64,000 nucleotides of DNA, taken from positions 11,408,001 to 11,472,000 of the forward strand of contig NW_026889801.1 of the NCBI RefSeq assembly GCF_033153115.1, written 5' to 3'. The notes beneath the pieces are model-generated. The model saw nothing but the letters and a program-made list of their open reading frames with translations, did not search any database and was not told the DNA's origin. Positions within the stretch are counted from its first letter, which is position 1, and the number at the start of each line of letters is the position of its first letter. Positions 1 to 12,100 of the stretch are shown in pieces. Position numbers and translations under genes: made by a program. The DNA comes from Saccostrea echinata (Eukaryota).

Positions 1-138
1 AAAAAAAATAAGGAGTTTCAATTTTGGTGAATAGAACAGCAGATCTGTCAATTCTTTTTTGTTATTTATTGCTTGGAAACAGAGTCTGACAGGGAATTAT
101 GCCTATCAAGATTAGCAGGGTTTTTTTTTTACTTACAG

Positions 139-3100
139 ACTCCAGGAAAAAAGAACAAACTGAAGCTTAAGAAAAAGACCCAAAAAGATAAACAGGTAAA
201 AAGGGTCATCATCAAACCTTAGGAAGAAATACAAGTCCTCTATCAATGTTCAGAACAGTTGAAGAAATTACAGTCCTATGAATTAATCTGTCCTTTCATT
301 TAAAATACTGACCAGTTGTATAATTTACAGTATTACAGGGTTCAACACTAACGGTAGCTTGCTAGCCCAGGACAACTGAAAATTTAGAGCGGGCTTCTAA
401 ACAAGTCATCAAGCTTATCCTGCGGGGCTACTAAAATTTCAGAAGCAGCCCACCCTCTCTTTAAGCAATTGTAAAGATTAATATAAAAATAGCGAGGTTT
501 AAGGAATAACTTTTCAATTGCCTTTAAATAAGTTGGACTGTTGATTTTTCTATTGCCCGACATTTTGTTTTGGCTTGACCTATCAAAATTCTATAAAAAA
601 TCTTATCACCTAAGTGTTTGAAACTATGATGTAGAAACAGAGAATAAAAGCAATGCACTGACAGCTAAACCCATTGGTGTAGATGATAAATAAACCTTGA
701 AAAGTGTGGTCTATCAAATTACAATAATGAAAAATATCTTTACCTGCATGTACATTTATAAAGTGACTTAATTTTGCAGTAATGCAGGATTTGGCTTTAT
801 TTTCAAAATTTCCTTTGTAGCCCCAACAAGCGGAATATCGAAAGGGGGAAACCCCCTTCCGCATCTACATGTACCCCCAACCCCCACCCCTCGTCACTTT
901 TCAAAATTTCCTTTGTAGCCCCAACAAGCGGGATATCGAAAGGGGGAAACCCCCTTCTGCACCTACATGTACCCCAAACCCCCACCCCTCGTCACTTTGC
1001 TACTCAGCCAGCAGCCTCTGAATTTATTAACAGGGCTAATAGAAATTAAAAATTGCTAGCCCTGTGGGCAACTATGAAAAGTTGGTGTTGAACCCTGTTT
1101 CATGTCCTCCTTGTAAAAAAAAAAAGGGGGGGGGGGCTTCATGTGTGTTTGATATTAGCATTCACTATATCATTGGCAATCTTCATGTTCAATTTTGACT
1201 GTGTTGAATTACATTCATTACATTCAATAAACACCAAGACCTCACTACAAATGTGGAGATTGATTACCATTGTTAAAATGCTGTATTACATGTAGTATCT
1301 CTTTGTAGGATGATGAAGGAACAAGCCACAGTGAGAAAGATACTGTAGAGTCTTTAGCCCATGAGAATTCTAATGAAAGAAAACTAGAGTCAGAGAAAGA
1401 AAATTCAGCAGTGAATTGTGTAGAGTCAGTTCAGACTGCTATGAACACTGACAATGAACCAGAAAATCAAGTGGAGAGTAAACATGAACAAGAAATGAAA
1501 GAAAGTATACATGAGCAGGTTCAGGTAGATGAACCAATGGAATCGAGGGAAGTTATTCAAGAACCTAACGAAAAGGAGAATGAACAATTGGCAGGTGAGG
1601 AAGAGGATGTCTCAATGCACAGCACTGCAGAGGAACCTTTATCTAGTTCACATCAGGAGTCTGAGAAAGTCGGAGAAGAAAAAGGTGATCAAGAAGAGGA
1701 TATATGTATGGAAGAGTGTGAAAATGTCCCATCTGTAGATATTAAAGAGAGTGAGAGTACCAAAGACCAACAACAGGTTGTGGAAAATGTAGAAAACAAA
1801 GAGAGTGAAAGGAAGAATTTATCCTCGGATGCAAATGGAGGAGAGTCTGACGATGATGAGGTGATGTTGCTTTCCAAGGACGAGGAATGTAAAACGTCTG
1901 CTGAGTCTAAACAGAAGACAGATTCCGTCACTCAGGCTGACGACGAGAGCGAGGAGACAGAGGAGGAGAAACAGCCTCCCCGAGCCAGCAAGCGCACCAA
2001 GCAAAGAAATCAACCCAAAACTCAAGTCAAGTCCGAGTCCGATAGTGAAACTGATACTCTTCCTCCAAAAAGGACAAGAACGAAAACCAGGAAAGTTTTG
2101 GAGAACGAGAGCATGGAAGTTGCCAAGCCTGTCAGGCAGAGCACAAGGACTAAGCAGAGGAAGCAGGATGGAGCCTCTGTGTCATCTGCTGCGGGGTCAG
2201 ACACGACCAGTGAGGTCGACTCGGGTCATGGGAGTCTGACCAGTGGCTCGAGGACCACTAGGTCCAAGATGAGGAAACCTAAAGAAAGCTCAGTCAACTC
2301 TGATGCTGATGCTCATTTTGCTGTCCCAGAAAATCCTGCTCCCAGGGCAAGGTATGTTGCTTGTTGGTCTGATGAAGAACACAATTTGAACTCTAGATTC
2401 CTGTTAGAGTTTGAATTTTAAACTCTTGTTCAAGTGTGTTTTGAATAGAGGATTTTTTTTTACATATGTAACAATTGAAACTTCATAAGAAATCAACAGT
2501 CATAAGGATTGAAAAAGTTTGAAAGCTAATGAGATGAGATAGAGATATGTAGCAGAGATTTATATACATTTGTATTAGGGCTGTCACGGTTCCAAATTTT
2601 TTCGGGTCGGGTCGGTTCTGTAAATTTTCGGTTCAGTTTCGGGTTTTTCGGGTCGGGTATTTACATCTATTTTAAACCTTAATTTCATGTATTTAACTTG
2701 AAAAATCTTTATTTGTTACATTAAATTTACATTGAAAACAAGTCTTAAGCATGTGAACGTCTAGACATCGGTGACATGGCCTACTATTAGCAACAACCTG
2801 ACCATTCCTGCTCGTTTTGATAATTATCTAATACATCCGTGACAAGTGTTTTGTCATGGAATGAAGTAGATTTCAGTTGTGATGTTTATTTATCACTGTT
2901 ATCGTCATCATTCCTTTGATTTCGATGCCATTTTTTGTATTGAACAGACTCTAATATATAAACCAGACCCGAACCGAAATCCGGAAAAATGGAACCGGAA
3001 CCGAACCGAACAACTCGGTTATTTCGGGTACTCGTGACAGCCCTAATTTGTATACACAAATACATTTGCATAAAATCTGATTTTATTACAGAACGACCTC

Positions 3101-6100
3101 AAGAAAGAGAACTCTTGACACTGATGGTGAAGATGAAATAAATTCATCTCTATCGAAAAAAACTAAGAGGGAAAGTGGCGAGTCTTCTGAGGTACGTCAT
3201 CAAGAGATTTTAACTTCAGTGCAGGGTACCTAAGTAACTACCCTATACGCCAAAGGCGTCATGGGCAGTATGTAAGCAGAATACCTTGAGTGCCATGAAC
3301 ACACTCTTTGCTATATTGAGAAAACTAATTGAGTTTTTCAAAATGTAAGGTAGAGGGAGATCCAAGTCAGTACTTTTTTCACTGTATTTCTAAATAAATA
3401 TTTTTCTTTGTCTTGTCAGGTTACATCTGATGCAAAGAGCAGAAGTGCCAGAAAAGGTAAATAGTTGATCTAGTATTGAAATACATTGATGTATCTCTCA
3501 ATCATTAGCTGTACTGGCACTGTGTGTCTATCAAATAATGTAACCAGTAGTTTTCAAAGTTTGAAGCACTATATGGAACAAGAGAAAAAATGGAATTTTC
3601 TTTATAATGTGTGCTTTACTGTTTATTCTTCCAAAAATCTACTCATTTTCCAAAATTTAAATAATTTGATTTTCTATAATTTTAGGTACAGACACAGATG
3701 ATGAAAGGTATGAAGTACTGTGAAAGTATCATTGTTTGTGGGAAACTAATATTCATGGGTCATCCTTACTCACAAATTAACGTGCCCACATACAATATCT
3801 CTGTCAGTGTATCAGTTAAAGACACTCTATATGGAAAGACAAAATGTTTTCTGGATATTAAGAAATTATATTGTATAAAGGTGTGAATATTAGCTTACAT
3901 GTACATGTATCTACTTCAATATAGGATGTTTGATTTTTACCCCTTAGAAAAATTGCTTGCTTCCGATATGCAAACTTATTAGAGTTGTCTCGAACTGAAC
4001 CGATAGGTGGCGCGTAAATCGAAGGTCACTTCCGGGTAGTACCCGACTCGTAGAACTCTAATCTACACTTACAGTCGCCGTTGGTAAATTTTCATCAAGA
4101 ATGTAAGTATTAAATGAAGTTTTTTGTCTAAAATTATTAAAGACGAATTTTACAATGAAAATATTGATATCTATGTTTTGGTTGGCATTGATAACATTTT
4201 CAATCACGTATATTTATCGAGTAAAACATCGAGGAAATTCGCAATCTTAAGAAATACAAACAAATCACTCGAGCTTAACACATGAAAAATGCTATAATCA
4301 CAAGTATATTTCTTGGGAAATTTGATTTTATATTAAAATGGATAGTTATGATTTTATTTCTGTTTGCATATTTGTAGGAAATAAGTAAAAAAAAATCATG
4401 AAATGTCATGCATGTACATGTAGTCTATACCCGTCCATCACGATTTCCGTGACACGGTTTACACTGTGCATATTGTTGTTGCTTCTTTTCTTACAGTTTG
4501 ACAAACACTTTATAACTGTTTTTAACTTTACATCAATTTGTTTTGAGTAATAATCCTTTTGAGTTCATGCGATATTTATATTTTTTACTAGATGGGGAAA
4601 AAGTATTGCTGTGTGCCATTATGCCACAGTACGTCAGACAGTCTAGATGAAAATGGAAACAAAATATTTATGAGACGTTTCCCAATTGGTGAGAAAAGAA
4701 AGAAGATAAGAGCTATGTGGATTTCAAGAGTTAAAAATATTCGTGCAAATTTTAAAGTTAATGACAACACGAGAATTTGTTCTAGACATTTTGAAGAACC
4801 TTACACTGAACATTCAGTTCCCACAATTTTCCCTTCTAAGGAACAAAAGCCACAAAATACTAGACGTCCCCTTGTAAAACATGATTTGAACTGTTCTTAT
4901 AACTATGAAAAGAATGTTACAGATGGTGAGGATTCAGCTTCCCTGGGTTCTAACCTTTCACAGGAAGATGAATCGCATATTGTGACTTTAACTAGTGACA
5001 GCAATGAGAATATAAATCCACAGGACAATGAAAATGTTTGCCTGCAACATGTCTCCACTCAAGCTGGAGAACCACAAGTTACTGACGTAAAAGAATGTAG
5101 TGTGGAGTCGAAGCTTCTTTTCATGTCATATGAAGATATTAGACATGATGATAACAAAATAAGATTTTATACAGGGTTCTTATCATCTTCCATGTTTTGG
5201 TTATTCTTCTCAACTCTGATGAAACATGGTGCTGACCGTCTTAGTTATTGGGAAGGAAACACAAGATCTCTTGGTGAAAAAAATTACCATGTTAAAAATA
5301 GTGCTAAACCTGGTAGACAGAGAAAACTTAGACCTGTAGATGAGTTTCTGATGGTGTGTATGCGATTAAGACAAGGAATGCTGCAAGAGCATCTAGCAGA
5401 CTTATTCAGAGTCTCAATGTCTTCAGTGTCCCGTATTATGAACACATGGATAAATTTCATTTATGATCATTGCAGGTCACTTGTCTGTTGGCCTACAAGA
5501 GAACAAATTTTATGTAATCTACCACAAGCATTTCAAGACTATCCTGACGTACGGATAATTCTTGATTGTACCGAGTTCTACACTGAAAAACCATCATCAC
5601 TTAGTGCTCAGTGGGCCACCTGGTCTGAATACAAACATTCGAATACATTTAAAATTTTGATAGGGGTAGCACCAAATGGACTAGTTACGTTTGTTTCCAG
5701 ACTGTGGGGGGGCAACACATCTGACCGTCATATAACAATGCACGATTCTCTTTTGCCAAAATTATCTGCTGGTGATGTAATCATGGCAGATAAGGGTTTC
5801 ACTGTTGAAGACCTTCTCCCTGTAGATGTTGGCTTAAATATACCACCACGTATACCAGGTCATAGACAAATGACCACTCAAGAGTTTTTTCAGACCCAAG
5901 GCATTGCATCGGCCCGTATTGTAGTCGAGATGAAAATGGAACAAATCAAGAACTATCGCATTTTGAGTGGAACTCTACCATTATCAGAAGCACACTTGGC
6001 AGAACAGATGATTTTTATCTGCACAGCATTGACTAACCTGCTTCCACCTCTGCTTACATAAAACAATATTCAGTTTCATTTTGTTAAATTGTTAAGGATT

Positions 6101-9100
6101 GAAATTATAACAAATAAATCTGAGATTTATAATATTCTCTTTTAATTCAATTTTCAAATTGCATGGGTTAAGCGAGTATCTAAAAATGCCATTATTTTAA
6201 AGTATAGTATGTACAATGTGTACAAGTATTTGAATATCAATAACGCTTGTATAATATAGAGTAGTGTACTAATATATCAAGTGACTAAGACATAATAAAT
6301 GCAAGTGTTATGCGAAAGTTCACATGAAGTATTATTGCCTGAACTGCTAATACAAGGCCTAAGAGTATAAGCCACTTTGCTCACCTGAGTCACAGGTTTT
6401 TCCCTCTTTATTCTAATAAAACATATTGATCCTATATTGTGGCCCCATCCTAGCCCAAGGAGTTATAACCAAACTTGAATCAACACAGATTGCTTTGATA
6501 TCAAAATAATACACATGGATCTGATAAATGTATTTTTATTGGATTTTTTTTGTTTTGTTTTTTGCACACATGCATTATTAGTCCCCTACCGGTGACTATA
6601 GGTTTCATCTGCATTTGTCCGTCTGTCTGACCCACTTGGTTTTCTGCACTTTTTTCCTAAATACTTGAAGATATTGAGCTATTTTTGATCTGGAGTGTAT
6701 TTTGATGAGTTATAGATCGTTTGCATTCCGTTTTGCTTCAATATTTTTTTTACTGAATTATGACATTTTCAATATCATACAGTAACCAGATAACACTTAC
6801 CGGTAGGGGACTAGTATTGCTAATGCAATACTTTCAGAACGCTTGTTAAGTTAGACCTGTTCTGTTGAAGTCATTACTTAAAGAAATGATATAGAGGGTT
6901 ATACTGCATGACTATTAAGGAAATAATTAAACTGAAATAAGTATTTATATACTTTTCTCAATTTCTGCATACCTAGCAACAGTAAAGCGGTTTGCCCTTT
7001 TTGATACGTCGAGTGAAAAGTTCAGGAATCACACAAGTAACATAAAATTTCCTTAGTTTTACAAGCATTTCAGCCCACATATTTACATCAAACTTAATCC
7101 TTTGGACATTAAAGCCCTTCCGTGTCCACACTACAAAATCAACCCATTTTAATTCATACAAACCTAACTGCCCTTGTACCTGATACATATAATTGTGATT
7201 TAACTTTAACAGCAGAGTATTATGATCAGAAAGATGACAACAAAATGAACTGTCTTGGGCACATTCAGCAGGAGTCATATTTCTCCATTTATTATCCTTA
7301 TGGCCATAAGGACATTTAACCTCTACTAACCCATTTCCACAAATTTTACACAAAATCAAACCATCGGCACTGGCACCGAGGAATGGATATTTAGGATTGA
7401 CATGAAGACCCCTACTACAATATTGCACATTTTCCTTTCCACATTTTAAAGAGTGTTCTTTTACATAAGCTTTAATACCCTTCTTTTCATTGCTCCTTCC
7501 GTATGTTAGGCTTTTTACCTGGTGAGGGGGTTGGGTATATCCCATAAGTCTACGGACAAGTGCATCTGGACATGCAGTTTTTCTTTTACATACATCACCC
7601 ATTTGTGAGGCGGTTATTAAATATTTGCGTGCTTCCATCCAATTGTTATTTATAGACTGGCCCCGTGTTCCTATTTCCAGATTCTCACATGTTTCTGATG
7701 ATAATTTTAGATTTTCTAAAAACTCCTGAAACTTCTGTTGGTACACAGCAGTGTTAAGGTCATCATCATCTGGTATTTCCTCAGTATGTACTTCATATGC
7801 TGAAAGAAAACTGCTTATATCTGCTGGTTTACACCCAAGAGTCTGGTATAGAACACATCTTGGATTTACTTCACCAATTTCAGACATCAAATCTTGCAAG
7901 AATTGATCAGGGTCTTTACAGGGACCTGCTTGGTACACATCAGGGTAGGGTTTTCCTGTACAACGTTCATTTTCAGATAACTGGATATCAATCACTCTCA
8001 TAGGATCTTGCCTCTTTTTCAATGGCCGAGGTCTGTTCCATTGACATTCTTGGGAAGTACAAGCATTCTTGACTTTTGAGACAGTGTACATCAAGGCACC
8101 TACATGAGCACACAAACCACACTCTCCAGCTTTGCAATTGCAATAAGCTGATTCTATTTTCCCAGTTTCTTTAACTAGACAGACATGTAGGGAATAATGG
8201 TCAGTCATTTTTCCACAAATACCCACACTAACCTTGGTTTTCATGGATGGTTTACAGTCTGATTTTATGTAGCAGTAGTCAGACTTCTCAGAAACTGCAT
8301 TATAAAAAATGTTGTAAATATAACCCTCTGCAGCAAATTTTTGAGCTTTCTTCATATGCCGTTGGAAACGTGCTTTTTTCCCAGATGTAGGATTTTTTTG
8401 GTAAATAAAATAGTTATCAATATCTTTTTCATTTAAAGGAGGAAGACAATCTACAGAAATGTTTCTCCATGGTTCAGTTATTTCATTCATGGGTGTTACA
8501 CAGGGTGTGTCGTCAAGATCAGACTCAGACGCTGAATCACTGGAAGAATCATTCCCAGACTGCATCGCTCTATACACTCTTTTCACAAGAACTTCTTTTT
8601 TTCCACTTCGTTTAAGACCTCTTGTAATCAGCCATTTTTTCAACTGGTCCACCTTCCAGGTCCTTAGCACTTCTACAGACTCGTGTTCTGTATCTGACAT
8701 GGTTAGGGGATCTCTACAATTTAAAAAAAAAATATTACAACTAATATCTTTGCTAACATTTACATAGCATAGTCACATTTACCCCCCCCCCCCCCCCCCC
8801 CCAAATGAAAGAAACTAGAGTACCCATAAATATTAGGCTTACTTGTATATCTTTAACGATTTCATACAAACTTATACACTCACATTGTAGCTACATGTAT
8901 TATCTATCATGCATTAGTTTACATTTATATACACAGACACTAGACGCATAGTACACTAACATGGCACTGTTATGCACATAAGTAAAGACGATATAAGATT
9001 ATTTTACTCCAAAATTTAAGCTTATATACATAATTTATACATGTAAAACAGAATTAATTAATTCGAGAGTAAATCGTGCGTACTACAACACACGCACACA

Positions 9101-12100
9101 AAATCGAAAGTTAATAGTGCGCTGGTGCGTACTAGGCCTACATGTACAACATGCTGTACAATCTTGTGCGCTGTATTTGATTATTGTGCATGTATACAAA
9201 GCTAATTTTTCTGCTATAAAAGATAAGAAACTGTTTGACTTAAATATTGTGTCATTACTCACTGTCTCTCAGTGCTTGTCATGTCGATACACATATAGTG
9301 ATATACTTTGCACATCAAAAGTTGCAGCGGTTCGTCCCGAATATTTACCTACCCGGAAGTAGATCTAGGGGTGATAACTCTAATACAATTTTGATATCGG
9401 AAGCAAGCAATTGATCAAAGACAGCAAAGTGTTGTTAGAGAGGAATCACTGTTGTTCACTTGTGGGGAAAATGCATGCAAATAATGTGTTCAATGAATTT
9501 ATCTTGGCTTGTTAAAATTTTAAGAATCCTTATATAAAGGCCAAAAAAAATAATAGTCTTGTTTCCTGCTACCCGACCCTAAAGTTTTTTTAAGTTTTGG
9601 AAGAAAAAAAATCGGGAATTTCCAGAATTTCATTGTTCTGTCACCATAATCGGTTTCCGTGTTAACACAAAACAAGCATTTCATGAATTTCTTATTTTAA
9701 ATATGGACTTTCATACAATACCACTTGAGTTGTGCATAAAAAGACATGAAATTTAATTTTAAAAGACAATATTGACCTGTGACATGTTAAATTTGATCTT
9801 GTATTATTTGAAAAAATTAATTATTTAAAAAAAAAATGCTGTCGGAAAAAAATAATATAAAAATATAAAATAAAATAATTTTCCTACCTACCTACCCTAT
9901 TTTTTTCAGGCTGGTAGCAGGAAACAAGGCTATTATTTTTTTGGCCTAATTACAAATTGAGTAATACACTGTATATGAATTTATTTTAGATGTAAGGGCA
10001 GATCACTCTAACTTTCAAAATTAACACAGAATTAGAATTCTTGTGTGCAATGTAGAGAGAGTTCTGAATTGAATCTTCTATTTAGACCAGCTTCCCACAA
10101 AATAACATCCTGCTGTCTGGTTAATGAGTAAAATTTTGGTTAACCACAAACATTGACCCCCTTGAATTAAAATGATTCCACAGTGATGAAATTTAGTTAT
10201 TCTTCTTTTGATTTTATGGTTGCATAACTGAATGTAATTTTGTTATACATGTATGTTGTACATTGTAGAAGCAGTCAGAGTGAAGATGAAACTCCTGATA
10301 CAGTCCGAGCGCAGGCAAAGGTATCCAAATATACATTATAGGTCATTCCTATGTTAAAGGTCACATCTAAAAGTCAGTTTGCAACTGCTGCTATGCTTTT
10401 TTTGTGTGTGTGAAAAGAAGGGGGGAGGCTACTTTTTTTCCAAAGAAAGGGATTAGTAATCTTGGTTCAGTTTTTACATCGTTTTGTTCAATGATTTTCA
10501 TGTATTTATTCAGATTGTGAAACCAGTGTCTTTCCTAAACAACTTAAACAATAAGGTGGTGCGACCAGCTGGACTGAATTTCAGTGGAGTGAAGTCCTTC
10601 CTGCATCAGAATACCCCACCTAACAAACTCACTGTCAAGGTAAGTTAGGTCAAAGTTCATAGAGCGAGAAAAATAAAATGACATTACAATCTAGAAGAAC
10701 ATGAAAGGGAGACCTTAGAAACAATTCCTGCACTGACCTGTAGTAAGCATACACAAACTTTGGGGTTTTCATTCAATGCAAGTAGCTTGAATTGAGAGTT
10801 GTACATTTATATTTCTGATTTGTTCAACTATAAAGTCATAAAAAGAAACAGAATACCGTAAGTTTTGGGGTATATGTCGATGGGTTATATAGGTCGAAAG
10901 GCTCATTTTCAGCCGTAATTTTTAAAAAATCCTTAGATAGGACGATTTGGAAGATAGGACGAGGCTTTGTTTATCGACTTTCTAGAGATTCTTACGTAGA
11001 AACTACGTATCAGAACATGTAAAGGTTTTTAACTTAACCCGTAATATTAACGTATGAAGAAAATAAACTGGTATTTTTATGAGTACAGCATTTTAATAGT
11101 GTTTTATACAAACATAGTTAAAACTTCCTAGAATTGATATATAACGTATTTTCTCCAACTTGCCTGTTCAACGCCGTCGTTGTTTGACTCTGTCGTTAAA
11201 CACATAAATACGGTAGTATACAACAGCTATAATTAGGGAAATACCCGAAATCAAACAATAATCATTTCCATTTTAGAACATTGTGGACACATTCTTTTAT
11301 TCCGACATTATTTACCGGGGTACAATATTAAGTGCGATGACCGCCATTTTTATATTTCTTGTCCAGGGATTTGCTAAAACACACAAATGACTATTACATG
11401 TAACAGTGCGCAAATGAAATTGATCATATTAACATGCTATAATTTTGCTTGAGATATTGTTGTAAAAAATAAATTTAATTGAGAGTACATTAGCAATTTA
11501 ACAGTCATCAGGAATTTCACAGTTTTGTTTGTTCAATGATGTATAGCACTAATACCCCTGCAACGGCACGTGGATCCGTTAATCATGCCCCGCAGGTGTT
11601 TAAACCAACAGGTGTTAACACCTTCGTGTACACAGTGTATATCCCTCTATCTGTCAGACAATTAAAATTCTATTAGAAGCCAATCTTTGTATAATTCGCT
11701 GTACCCCTTGGGATATAAAACAGAATAGTTATGACTAGCGGTATATTTGGTAAATAATTTTAGGAATTTACTGGCAACAATTTATTTCACACATTTTACA
11801 TTTAAATAAATATCACAAGACAATGAAAAATATTTAGGTGTAGTATTTAAATTAATCGTTACAAATAAATGGTAAAAAAAAAAATTACAATTGCGATTGT
11901 GAAAACTCCTCCGTATTTTAAACTGATACGGTTGCGGTTTTATTTTTAGTAAACGATTGCGACTTACAACTTCACAAGATGGACACAGCATGTTGTAAAT
12001 ATACTTTGAGACATTATTGATGATATAATAAGTTTTTTTTGTACATCGACGGATATTTAATGGAACTTTTTTGGTAAGAAATCAATGGAATAAATATTTA

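Larger units (their letters stand above)
3954..9409. mobile_element. Autonomous ISL2EU (PIF/Harbinger-IS5 group) DNA transposon in an INCENP intron
   Basis: Imperfect ~35-bp TIRs starting TGCTTGCTTCCGATAT (first 16 bp perfect); AT TSD at 3952-3953 and 9410-9411; two convergent intact ORFs (transposase and YqaJ exonuclease). Confidence 0.92.

Noticed and set aside
1411-2421. 336-aa acidic ORF as a stand-alone gene
   Set aside because: It starts at GTG and is the large internal INCENP exon 1309-2351, bounded by AG and GT, plus intron read-through.
6973-8700. Viral or phage insertion, or horizontal transfer, suggested by the YqaJ recombinase domain
   Set aside because: The ORF lies inside TIRs with an AT TSD opposite a THAP-DDE transposase, the standard ISL2EU layout; no viral structural or replication genes are present.
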